A stretch of 64,000 nucleotides of DNA from Bacillota bacterium (GTDB taxonomy: Bacteria > Bacillota > Sulfobacillia > Sulfobacillales > Sulfobacillaceae): NCBI GenBank assembly GCA_026627065.1, contig JAPNUO010000010.1, positions 14,179-78,178 on the forward strand, given 5' to 3'. This document shows, piece by piece, positions 48,049 to 56,942 of the stretch. Each line of letters opens with the position of its first letter. Position 1 is the first letter of the stretch. The notes under the pieces are model-generated. The model saw nothing but the letters and a program-made list of their open reading frames with translations, did not search any database and was not told the origin of the DNA. The translations under genes were made by a program, and so were the position numbers.

Positions 48049-48320
48049 GGCTCAGCCCCCTGCCTTTTCTGGACTAGATGGCCTCAAAACAAACTTTTTT
48101 ACCAATTCCATCTCCATCCCCGGCATCGCGCTCGTCCCGGTGAATCCCCATGGCGGCTAAGCCAACTTGAGTTTGTCGGGCTGAGGCGCAGCCCACCGCA
48201 AGAAAACTGCCAACCGCTGGATTCGGTAGCCGTTGATACGCGAAGACGCTAACGCCGGTCAAACATCCCTTCTTGGTCAGGCGTTCTGGCACATGGTGCG
48301 GCCGGACTGTTCTCGAGGCC

Positions 48321-49112
48321 TCACGCCTTGGCATACCACTCGCGATCCACGCCATGGGCCTGACACCAGGCCTCCCATTGGCTTGCGTCGATGCGTTCTC
48401 CCGTCATGCCCTCTGCCGCGTCGGACGCGAGAAAGACGATGGGTGGTCCCATGATCTCCGGATCGCGCATGCGGGCCAATGCTTCCGGGGGAGTCCCCTC
48501 CGGGATCATGCCGGTGCGCGTGGCCCCGCCTGGCAGCAGGAGATTGACGGTGATGCCAAAGGGTTTAAGGTCTTCTACCATGATATAGCTGAACGCCTCG
48601 GCGCCTGCGCGCGACGGTCCGTACGGCACGAATCCGCGGCGCACCATCGTCTCCCGGTTCATGGTCACGTTGACAAAGCGTCCGTAGCCTTGGCGCCGAA
48701 AAAGGCTTGCAAACGCGCGCGAGACAAAGAAATAGCCCGTCAGGTTGGTGCGTACCACATCCTCGAAGCCTTCAGGATCGACCTCAAAAAACGGCTGAGG
48801 CTGGGTGAGAAAGAGCGGGTTGACGGTTCGCATCCCGATTCCCGCGTTATTGACCACAAGATCCAGCTTAGGCCAGGCCTCTGCGATGACCTCGCGCGCC
48901 CGCTCCACCGACTGCACATCGCGCACATCCATCGGCAGGCAGAGAAGGCGAGAGGCCCATGTCTTCAGGGTCTCCGACATCATTTCCAAGCGGGGACCGG
49001 GCCGCGCCGCGATAGCCACGGTCGCGCCTTCTTGCAGCAGGGCCCGCGCCATCGCCAAACCCAGTCCGCTGGTGCCGCCGGTCACCACCACGTACTTATT
49101 GCTTAACCGCAT
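48321..49112 (-). CDS. SDR-family oxidoreductase
   Basis: 263 aa with VVTGGTSGLGLAMARAL and NNAG. Confidence 0.9.
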   Translation of the reverse strand: MRLSNKYVVVTGGTSGLGLAMARALLQEGATVAIAARPGPRLEMMSETLKTWASRLLCLPMDVRDVQSVERAREVIAEAWPKLDLVVNNAGIGMRTVNPLFLTQPQPFFEVDPEGFEDVVRTNLTGYFFVSRAFASLFRRQGYGRFVNVTMNRETMVRRGFVPYGPSRAGAEAFSYIMVEDLKPFGITVNLLLPGGATRTGMIPEGTPPEALARMRDPEIMGPPIVFLASDAAEGMTGERIDASQWEAWCQAHGVDREWYAKA

Positions 49113-49140
49113 GGCACTTCACCCCCGTGCTTGGTTTCTT

Positions 49141-49722
49141 TTAAACGTCCAACACGCGCGCCGCCAAAAGGCCGACGATAAACGCGCCCAGCATCCCCGC
49201 CAGCGCCGAAGGATTAAAGCCCGATAGCACCACATTGATAGCCAATAAAATCAGCGCCCACTGGGCCATGCCCCCCACCCGCCGATTGGCCATGGCCATC
49301 ACGTAGGCACCGGCCAGGCCAAAGGCGGCAAACGTGCCGCCAACGAGACCGCCGGCGATGAGTCGCGCCGCCAACGATCCCAGAAGGCCGCTGGCAAAAA
49401 AGATCAGAAGGTATTGCCACCAGGCCGTCATCGCTTCCAGCTGGGATCCCACAATCCACACGAAGACGCCCGCAAACACTAATCCTAGCAAACTGCCGGG
49501 AAACAATGCCGACCAGAGCAATAAAATGGCAGGGCCGACCGATGTCGCCGCGGCGAGATTGACTACTCCGGGCAAAAACCGCTCAATCAGGTAACTGACC
49601 GCCATCAGCGCAATGAGAATGGCGGTCACCACCGTATCGCCGCCGTAGCCGCGCATCTGGCGATCGCGCCGAAGCATTTGCCGGCGTTGCGCTTGCCAAT
49701 ACCTTCGGGTTTCGCGGTCCAT
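49141..49722 (-). CDS. rhomboid-fold membrane protein lacking the catalytic residues
   Basis: 193 aa, SD GGGAGGTGA. The scaffold LLWSALFPGSLLGLVFAGVFVWIVGSQLE...FFASGLLGS is rhomboid-like. However, GxSG is GGTFA and the AHxGG His is AGMLG. Confidence 0.6.
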   Translation of the reverse strand: MDRETRRYWQAQRRQMLRRDRQMRGYGGDTVVTAILIALMAVSYLIERFLPGVVNLAAATSVGPAILLLWSALFPGSLLGLVFAGVFVWIVGSQLEAMTAWWQYLLIFFASGLLGSLAARLIAGGLVGGTFAAFGLAGAYVMAMANRRVGGMAQWALILLAINVVLSGFNPSALAGMLGAFIVGLLAARVLDV

Positions 49723-49751
49723 GTGTCACCTCCCAGTTCCCCTCGCGCCAT

Positions 49752-49781
49752 GAAGAAGAAAAGGTCGCCCTCCGGGCGACC
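49752..49781 (-). terminator. bioY terminator
   Basis: Minus strand reads GGTCGCCC-GGA-GGGCGACC followed by TTTTCTTCTTC. Confidence 0.6.
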
Positions 49782-49791
49782 CTTCTCCACG

Positions 49792-50385
49792 CTATTGAAC
49801 GCTCGGACGCGAACCGACCAACTTCCAGGCGGCGGGAAAGAGTCCGCCCGCAATGAGAAGCTTGACGCCGTCGCCGGCAATGAAGGGCAAAAAGCCCAAG
49901 GGAATCGCCCGGCTGAAGCCCACGTAAAACCCGAGCCAGGGCACCGCAATGGCATACAACGCCAACTCGCCGAGAATCATGGCCAGAATAGACTTTCCGA
50001 GCGTCCGATCCCATCCTCGTTCGGCGAGCCGCCCGACGAGGGCCGCCATCACCACAAACCCAATCAAATACCCGCCGGTGGGGCCTACAGGCCATCCCCC
50101 CACGTGCCCGGCGAACACAGGCAGGCCAATCGCGCCCTCAGCCAAGTAGGCCAAAAGGCTGAGCGCCCCTAATTGGCTGCCTAAGGCTCCCCCCACCACC
50201 AGCACCGCCAGGGTTTGCCCGGTTACAGGCACGGGGGTAAAAGGCAGCGGAATGCTAATCTGCGCCATCAGCGCCACGAAAAGGCTGCCGAGCAGAACCA
50301 AAACAACCCGCCCCGCCCAATGTTTTTTTAACGGAATAGTGCCGGCCAATGCGGGGTGCGTCGTACGGGTTAACGCTTGAATCAT
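49792..50385 (-). CDS. bioY: biotin transporter S-component
   Basis: 197 aa from MIQALTR, with SD GAAGGAGG. BioY blocks PVPVTGQTLAVLL-type, AEGAIGLPVFAG and GGYLIGF. Confidence 0.85.
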   Translation of the reverse strand: MIQALTRTTHPALAGTIPLKKHWAGRVVLVLLGSLFVALMAQISIPLPFTPVPVTGQTLAVLVVGGALGSQLGALSLLAYLAEGAIGLPVFAGHVGGWPVGPTGGYLIGFVVMAALVGRLAERGWDRTLGKSILAMILGELALYAIAVPWLGFYVGFSRAIPLGFLPFIAGDGVKLLIAGGLFPAAWKLVGSRPSVQ

Positions 50386-50538
50386 AGAAGGCCTCCTTCT
50401 TCGTCTTTCCCCAGGTCGGGGCGTTCTTAGCATAATATGGAGCGAACCCGCTGACAAGGCGAGGACAGGAAACCCAAAGGCCGCCGCGGAGCCGCAATGG
50501 CGACGACAACCATGCTATGCCCTTCCCGTAAAAGCAAG

Positions 50539-50566
50539 AAGCCCTCGAACTGCAACCCGAGGGCTT
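50539..50566 (-). terminator. hairpin after the 50601-50969 gene
   Basis: AAGCCCTCG - 10 nt - CGAGGGCTT followed by CTTGCTTTT on the minus strand. Confidence 0.5.
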
Positions 50567-50600
50567 GAGAAATGTGGACTGCGACCGCTCTTGCTTCGCC

Positions 50601-50969
50601 TTACGCGTGCGCCTGAAACGCCACCCGCGGCGACGCACCAGCCATCTCCTCGAGGCTTTCGGGATGCACGGGGCTCACGAGCCGCCAGCCTTGCGACGTT
50701 TCCCGATACCAAAGCCACGGCGTGCCCTGACGCTCGAGCTCGCGCTGGTAATCCATGAACCGCCGGCGCGACCAGTTAAAGGACCAGTGCCAATCCGGAT
50801 GACGGGTTAAATAATGAGTTAATTGATGATAGCTGGCAGGCGTCCGCACTTCATAAAAGACCACCGGATTGGTCCGTCCGTTTCCTGTCCACAACACCCC
50901 ATAGGCCGGAAACCGCTTGACGGCTGGCAGCGGCCATACGGTCGTTGGCAACACCCACGGCATGCTCAT
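50601..50969 (-). CDS. hypothetical protein
   Basis: 122 aa from MSMPWVLP, 8 nt after AAGGGGAGG. Trp/His-rich. I recognise no family. Confidence 0.5.
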   Translation of the reverse strand: MSMPWVLPTTVWPLPAVKRFPAYGVLWTGNGRTNPVVFYEVRTPASYHQLTHYLTRHPDWHWSFNWSRRRFMDYQRELERQGTPWLWYRETSQGWRLVSPVHPESLEEMAGASPRVAFQAHA

Positions 50970-51055
50970 TGTTGTCGCCTCCCCTTGTGATTTCATTCAC
51001 ATATTACGTCATGCCTCCAATATTGTCAATAGTTGGCGACAATTATTCATAAAAA

Positions 51056-52258
51056 TTATGGCTGAGCCGGCTTAGGGTGAGCGCGAGCACGGCGCATCCA
51101 GCGCAAGGAGATCACGGCGATGGCCCCAATGCCGCCCGCGACGGCAAAGGGAGCGCTCAGTCCCCATTGGGCCACGATGCGCGCGGCCAACACCGGTCCG
51201 CCAATCATCCCGATGGAGTAAAGCGATTGATATGTTGCCATCGCTGTGGTCCGCTGATCCTGCGGGGCATCCTGTATGGTCCAGGCCATGAGCAATGGTG
51301 TCGCCATGCCGCGGCTGGCTCCCAGCACGGCCTGGGTGGCAAATAATCCCCACCCCGCTCCGACCCATGGCGTCAACACAATAGATCCTGCCATGGCGGC
51401 AAAACTCCCCATCAGCAGAGTCCGTGATGCCACGCGGCGGCTCAGCCACGACCCGGTCAGCACCGTGGCTCCAATACTGGACACCAAGCTGACGGCGGTG
51501 AGCAGGCCCAGCCCGGTACGGGACAGGCCCTCATGCGCTGCCAAGAGCGGCGTATACCCGTACGTGGTCATAAATGTCAGCGCTTGCAGCACGATCCCCA
51601 GCAAGGAGGCTTGGCGGACAGAGGCAAGGCTCATGACCTTTTGCCAATGCTGCAGCGACGATCCCCGCGATCGCGGAGGGTAGCTTTTCGGTCGCCCCAG
51701 CATCAGAATCCCCCCCAGCGCCACGGCCACAGAAAGCCAAAAAGGGGAAGACCAGCCCCAATGATCTGCCGCCCAGCCTCCGACGAGCGACGCCACCACC
51801 TGTCCGACGCTGTTCGCAAACGACACCCAGCCCATCGCCTGTGCTGCGTGAGACGACATGGCGGCTTCGGTATAAGCCATGGTAAACATGGCCCAGGTGC
51901 TGGCGGCGAGGCCAGCCACCACGCGCAAAAGCAAAAACATGAGCGGAACCTGCCAGACCGCCATTCCTAGCGAGCTCAGCAAGACCAGAATAAAGCCGCC
52001 CACCATAAACGGATAGAGCCGTCCCAGCCGGTCGGCCCAAATTCCGAGGCTAATCCGCACCAGCAGCTGAGGGACGCCATAGGCAGCCACCACAAGCCCG
52101 GCAAACGCCGCCGTACCGCCGTGGCGCACTACATCGAGCGTTAAAATGGGAATGTAAAGATAGAGGCCCATCCAAAAGAGGCCAATCGCCACCAAAAGGC
52201 GGATAGCCTGGCGGAACGGTCCGGACGCGCGACTCGTCTCGCCTCGTGCATTGACCAT
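51056..52258 (-). CDS. MFS transporter
   Basis: 400 aa, 12 TM helices, motif WADRLGR. Confidence 0.85.
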   Translation of the reverse strand: MVNARGETSRASGPFRQAIRLLVAIGLFWMGLYLYIPILTLDVVRHGGTAAFAGLVVAAYGVPQLLVRISLGIWADRLGRLYPFMVGGFILVLLSSLGMAVWQVPLMFLLLRVVAGLAASTWAMFTMAYTEAAMSSHAAQAMGWVSFANSVGQVVASLVGGWAADHWGWSSPFWLSVAVALGGILMLGRPKSYPPRSRGSSLQHWQKVMSLASVRQASLLGIVLQALTFMTTYGYTPLLAAHEGLSRTGLGLLTAVSLVSSIGATVLTGSWLSRRVASRTLLMGSFAAMAGSIVLTPWVGAGWGLFATQAVLGASRGMATPLLMAWTIQDAPQDQRTTAMATYQSLYSIGMIGGPVLAARIVAQWGLSAPFAVAGGIGAIAVISLRWMRRARAHPKPAQP

Positions 52259-52534
52259 GGCGCAATCCTTTCTCCTCGGGACAACTAAGACGCTTTATTT
52301 TACCATGAGCCCGTCGGTACGGCTGATTCTTCTTTGGATAACGCCGGATCTCGCCCGTTCTTTCGAAGAATATGGTATTGTTACGGTAAATCACCGGATA
52401 AAGCGCGACGACAAACACGCGCGCCCCTGACGTCTTGCGGGCTATCCGTCATGCTTCAAGAGTGACTGCTGCCCAGGACGCGTAGGGTCGTCGGATCACC
52501 GTACTTTGAGGAACCGGGGAAAGGCGGGAATCTC

Positions 52535-53218
52535 ATGTGGGTCATTGCCCATCGAGGAGGGGGAGATCTCTTTCCGGAAAACACGCTGGAGGCGTTCCGC
52601 GCAGCCGAGTCGCTGGGCGTGGATATGGTGGAAGCGGACGTCCAGCTCAGCCGCGACGGTGAGCTCGTCGTCATTCACGACCCCACCCTTCTACGCACCG
52701 GCGGACAGCCCGCGCCGGTCGAGGCCCTGACGGCGGAGGAGCTGGCCCAGGTGGACGTGGGACACGGTTATGGCGTGCCACGCCTCACCGACGTACTCGA
52801 TGCGATTCGCGTCCCTGTGGTAGTGGAGCTGAAAACACCGAAAGCCGGACAGGCGCTCTTGGAATTGTTTTCGGCTCACCCGCACTACGTGGCCCGCGTC
52901 ATTCCCATCAGCTTCGACCATCGCGTGGTGCGATTGCTTAAAGAGCGCCTGCCGACCTTGGAAGCCGGCATCCTTCTGGTGGGCGTTCCCGTCGATTTGC
53001 CCGCGGTCGCCCGCGCCGCAGGGGTCCGCCTGGTGTCCCTCCATTACGCCTGGGTCGATCCGCCTTTAGTCGAAGCTTTGCATCGAGAGGACATCATGAT
53101 CAGCGTGTGGACGCCCAACACGCCTGAGGCCATCGCTCCCCTTGTTCACATGGCGGTCGATGCCATCGCCTCGGATCGTCCCGACCTCGTGCTCAGGGCA
53201 ATCGGGCGGCACCTATGA
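52535..53218 (+). CDS. glycerophosphodiester phosphodiesterase
   Basis: GDPD motifs IAHRGG, ENTLEAF and VEADVQLSRDGELVVIHD. Confidence 0.9.
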   Translation: MWVIAHRGGGDLFPENTLEAFRAAESLGVDMVEADVQLSRDGELVVIHDPTLLRTGGQPAPVEALTAEELAQVDVGHGYGVPRLTDVLDAIRVPVVVELKTPKAGQALLELFSAHPHYVARVIPISFDHRVVRLLKERLPTLEAGILLVGVPVDLPAVARAAGVRLVSLHYAWVDPPLVEALHREDIMISVWTPNTPEAIAPLVHMAVDAIASDRPDLVLRAIGRHL

Positions 53219-54453
53219 CAGCGCCAGAGAAGGAGTATTCATCCGGCGAAATGCACCGCCTAGGAGTGGCGGGCATGGCGCGCAACGTCGGGTACGGCGT
53301 TAACAAGGTCTTTGCCGCTGACCTCATGAGCCGATTAACCCGGTCCCAGACGCTCATTGGGCTCGTGCTGGGCATGGAGGGGTTTCTCGGCCTCATTTTA
53401 AACCCGCTCACCGGCTGGATGAGTGATCGCTTTGCCCTTCGGTGGGGACGCCGGCGGATCTTTGTGCTCATCAGCACGCCCCTGGCCGCCGTGTTTTGGC
53501 TGCTGTTTGCCCAGGCGCGCAACCTTCATCTCGCCGAATTGTTCCTCATCAGCTTTTACTTCTTCCAGCAAGTTCAACCCACCCCCTATCAAGCCTGGAT
53601 GCCCGACATCGTCCGGGCGGAAGACCGGGGCCGCGCCTCGGGGGTGTTGAACCTTTGGTGGCAGGTCGGCAATTTTCTAGCGTTTCTTCCCATTCCTCTC
53701 CTCTGGAAGGTGATTCATCAAGGGGCCTTCTGGGTAACGGCGCTCCTGATGATCTTAGGAGGCGCGTTTACGGGTCTCACGGTGCGGGATCCTGGACGGA
53801 CCGCCCCTCCAAACCCGTCTCTTGCGCGCGAACGCTGGCTGACCTGGGACCTTGGGAAGTACTTCTTTGCGCAGTTCCTCTGGTGGCTGGCATTTGAAGG
53901 ACTGGCCTCCTTTTTTACGCTCTTTGTCATCCACACGCTGCACGGCACGCTCATCGACTCCGCGCTAGGCATGAGTATCTTTACCCTCGCGGCCCTGGCG
54001 GTGGCCCTCGGGTTTGGCCGTTTATATCGCCGTTATGCGCCAAAACGCATGATGATCGTATGCCTCGGCGCCTTTGGCCTTCTGACGGTGGTAGGCACGG
54101 TCATTACTAGCCTCTGGCTGGCGTTTGGCCTGCTTTTTGTCGCCGGGGTCTTCTGGGGCGGGATCCAGGTGGTCAGCTACCCTTGGGGAGCCGAGCTCTT
54201 AACCCAAGCGCTAGGGTCGCAGGCGGACCCTACCGAGTATTACGGACTGCTCTACGGTCTCGGCAACGTGACTCAGTCGCTGGGACTGCTGGTCGCTGCA
54301 CCGATCACCGGCCTCATCATCGCGCTGGCCCATGGCGCCTACGGCGCCATGTTTTGGGTGAGCGTCGTCGCGTCGCTGGTGGGCACCGGAGTGGTGGCCG
54401 CTGTGCGCGAAACTCCTCTCGCCTCGTCCGCCTCGGTTAGCTTACCGCGATGA
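53215..54453 (+). CDS. MFS transporter (GPH/SLC45-like)
   Basis: 412 aa. The ATG overlaps the GDPD TGA (ATGA). Motif DRFALRWGRRRIF. Confidence 0.85.
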   Translation: MTAPEKEYSSGEMHRLGVAGMARNVGYGVNKVFAADLMSRLTRSQTLIGLVLGMEGFLGLILNPLTGWMSDRFALRWGRRRIFVLISTPLAAVFWLLFAQARNLHLAELFLISFYFFQQVQPTPYQAWMPDIVRAEDRGRASGVLNLWWQVGNFLAFLPIPLLWKVIHQGAFWVTALLMILGGAFTGLTVRDPGRTAPPNPSLARERWLTWDLGKYFFAQFLWWLAFEGLASFFTLFVIHTLHGTLIDSALGMSIFTLAALAVALGFGRLYRRYAPKRMMIVCLGAFGLLTVVGTVITSLWLAFGLLFVAGVFWGGIQVVSYPWGAELLTQALGSQADPTEYYGLLYGLGNVTQSLGLLVAAPITGLIIALAHGAYGAMFWVSVVASLVGTGVVAAVRETPLASSASVSLPR

Positions 54454-56401
54454 CCGGCGCCAACAGCACCGCATTCGTCACTGTCCAGCGGTACCACCAC
54501 CCGTGAGGAACGCTGACCGTCGCCACCCAGGGACTGTCCGGCGTCGCTAGTGTCGGCACTATGGTGCGATAAAGCGAGGTGAGCCGAGCCGCACTGATCC
54601 CCACGGCCACCTCCACCACGGCCTCGGCCGATGGGTCGACGCACGCGACGGGCTGGTACACGCAAATGGCGGCAGGGTAGGGGTTTTGATAGGGCGTGTC
54701 GGCCACGGGCGGATTTTCCGTGGTGAGTCCGAGGGGGTTAAGGCCTGAATTGGCTTCGGCGTGAACAGCACTGGGCAAGGTGCCATCCACCGCGCCGAGG
54801 ACGGCATTCTCGATGTTGTTGCGCGCCACCAGCACTCCGGCAGCCGTCACCCCTTCGTACCCGACGGCTTCCAGAGCATAGCCCCAATTGCGCACCACGT
54901 TATCGCTCACCGTCACGTGATCATAGCTGTTGAGATAGAACGCGTTGCCAGTGCCGCTCCAGAGAGACTCGCAATAGTTGGCGGAGCACACCACCCCAGA
55001 GGACGAGGCGGGACTCCCCGGATCTCCGTAAAAGGCAAAGCCGAAAATGCCGCCCGCGACGGTGAGCACATTGGAGGTAATGACGCCCAGGCCCGCGCCC
55101 TGGACGACGATGCCGCCCGTGTGATTGCCGGCGCGAATGCGGTTCTGGGACACCACCCAATGAATGGGATAGCGGGCGCTGCCATCCATCACGAGATTGT
55201 GAAGGCTCACTCCGCGCCCCGCTGCGTTATAATCATCAAAGTCGACCACGTTTTCGCTCACCAGCACCCCATCCCACTGGCCAAGAATGCTGAGCGCCGC
55301 GGGACAGTTTTGCACGCGATTCTGACCCAGCGCGAGGCGCCGTGCAGGGCTTTCTCCCACCGCTCGGGCATTGACGCCGGCTCCCAGTGCGTCCCGGAGG
55401 GTGACGCCGTGAACCGTCACGTCGTCCGCGCCGTCGATGGTCAGAAGCGTGGTGGCAAGAAACTGTCCCTCAATGGCCAGGTGCGCCACCCTGACGCCAG
55501 AAGCAGCCACGACGAGGGACGCCGCCTGACTGCCTTGACAGCAAAGGATGGAGCTGGGGCCGTCCCCGGCCAACACGCCATGTTCCCTGTCAAAGGCCAG
55601 CGGCTGCGACACGCGGTACGTTCCCGCCGGATGGTAGAATCGCGTCGCCCCACTCTGATAGGCCCGCTGTAGGGCATGCGTATCATCATGAAAGACGTCG
55701 CCGTCCGCCACCGCGGTCACGGCGGCGTCAGCCAAGGTAAGGACGCGCGTGCCGCCGCCGGACACAATGCGCGTCACCAGCCCTTGAGCAAAAGGCTGCG
55801 ACGGTGGCGCGGCAGGAATCCCGGGCGGCGGGACAGAGACGTCTTGGCCATAATCCAAAAACGGCGCGTCAATGGCTGCCACAATGCCCAAAAATCCCAG
55901 TGCCAGCTGACTTGACGCCGGGGCCTCGACGCGATAGACGGCATAGCCCCCCAGCGCCCCCGGCACCGGCTCAATCTCTAGGTTGACCCACCGTGCCTCA
56001 TAAAGGACGCTGTTTTCGCCGCTGCCATCCGGTCCCAACCCGCCCAATGCCGCAGGGCCCGTGGTCAGGGTGGCAGGCGCGCTTGCCGCCGAGCCGCCGC
56101 CCAATCCGTCCAAGGCCACCACGACGTAACTGTAGCGGTCATTGCCCCTCGGCCCGTTTTGCGAAACAGTGGGCGCTTTTGGCGGGCTTAACGACGACAA
56201 TGGTCCGGCATGAGGAATGAAAATTCCTTGTCCATCCTTAAAGTCGATCGGGTCTGCCAGGGTCAGCACCCGGCTGGCCGCTGTGATTTGTCCGGTGGTA
56301 TAAGCGCCGGACCCCGAGGCTCCCCCGTCTAAACGCACATTGTACGGCAATCCCAAGCCTTCCGACGAAACGTCCAACGTTGCCGACACCTCCACCGGCA
56401 T
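54437..56401 (-). CDS. right-handed parallel beta-helix protein (pectate-lyase-superfamily / tailspike-like), no signal peptide
   Basis: 654 aa, SD GAGGGAGG. HDDTHALQRAYQSGATRFYHPAGTYRV is followed by repeated G/N/V-rich beta-helix coils. The 3' end overlaps the convergent MFS gene by 17 nt. Confidence 0.75.
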   Translation of the reverse strand: MPVEVSATLDVSSEGLGLPYNVRLDGGASGSGAYTTGQITAASRVLTLADPIDFKDGQGIFIPHAGPLSSLSPPKAPTVSQNGPRGNDRYSYVVVALDGLGGGSAASAPATLTTGPAALGGLGPDGSGENSVLYEARWVNLEIEPVPGALGGYAVYRVEAPASSQLALGFLGIVAAIDAPFLDYGQDVSVPPPGIPAAPPSQPFAQGLVTRIVSGGGTRVLTLADAAVTAVADGDVFHDDTHALQRAYQSGATRFYHPAGTYRVSQPLAFDREHGVLAGDGPSSILCCQGSQAASLVVAASGVRVAHLAIEGQFLATTLLTIDGADDVTVHGVTLRDALGAGVNARAVGESPARRLALGQNRVQNCPAALSILGQWDGVLVSENVVDFDDYNAAGRGVSLHNLVMDGSARYPIHWVVSQNRIRAGNHTGGIVVQGAGLGVITSNVLTVAGGIFGFAFYGDPGSPASSSGVVCSANYCESLWSGTGNAFYLNSYDHVTVSDNVVRNWGYALEAVGYEGVTAAGVLVARNNIENAVLGAVDGTLPSAVHAEANSGLNPLGLTTENPPVADTPYQNPYPAAICVYQPVACVDPSAEAVVEVAVGISAARLTSLYRTIVPTLATPDSPWVATVSVPHGWWYRWTVTNAVLLAPVIAVS

Positions 56402-56942
56402 CGCCTCCCTCTTTCCTTTCCCGTCTCTTTACGGTTAGAGGTAGCATACGCTGGCAGACGGCAAAAGGTCACCCAGCCGGTCGTTTTGCCATCCTACGCT
56501 TCGGCTTCGCGAACCCTTCATCGTGACGTCCTCCCCCGAATGAATTCAGGGGCATCTCCCGCGATTCAAGCCGCCGACCATCCCGGTGCCTGGAACGTGT
56601 GCAATCCACCCGGCTGGCCACGACCACGCGGCCGACACATCCCCACTATGGACTTATGTCAATAATGTCGGATCTCACGCTTTTTGCTCACGATCAGTGA
56701 AGCAGGACCGAGAAAAGCCAGGCTGAGCCCTCGGAGCCAGCCTTCGAGGGCTCGGCGACTAGGCCAATCCCCTGGGGTTTGGAGGGCGCCACCAGGCGGT
56801 CATCCCTCAGAGCGGTTGGACATTACCGGCGCAAGAGGGCACACTGGAGCTCAGCAGTAGAGGCCGCATGGGATCCCACGGGTCTCGTCACGACCAGCCG
56901 TGAGTGCCGCGTCGGTCAAGGCAGGATGCGTCATCGCTCCTG

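Larger units (their letters stand above)
39660..48300. mobile_element. putative horizontally acquired island (lower GC) carrying a glycerol catabolic operon and decayed mobility/TA genes
   Basis: Sample 60-nt lines give 25, 31, 31 and 33 G+C out of 60 inside the island, against 36, 39 and 40 out of 60 outside it. The right end holds an integrase-like fragment and HEPN/MNT fragments. The 12-nt direct repeat GAGGCGCAGCCC occurs at both borders. Confidence 0.45.

Noticed and set aside
54761-55672. 303-aa plus-strand ORF
   Set aside because: It is antisense to the beta-helix gene and has a His/Arg-rich shadow composition.
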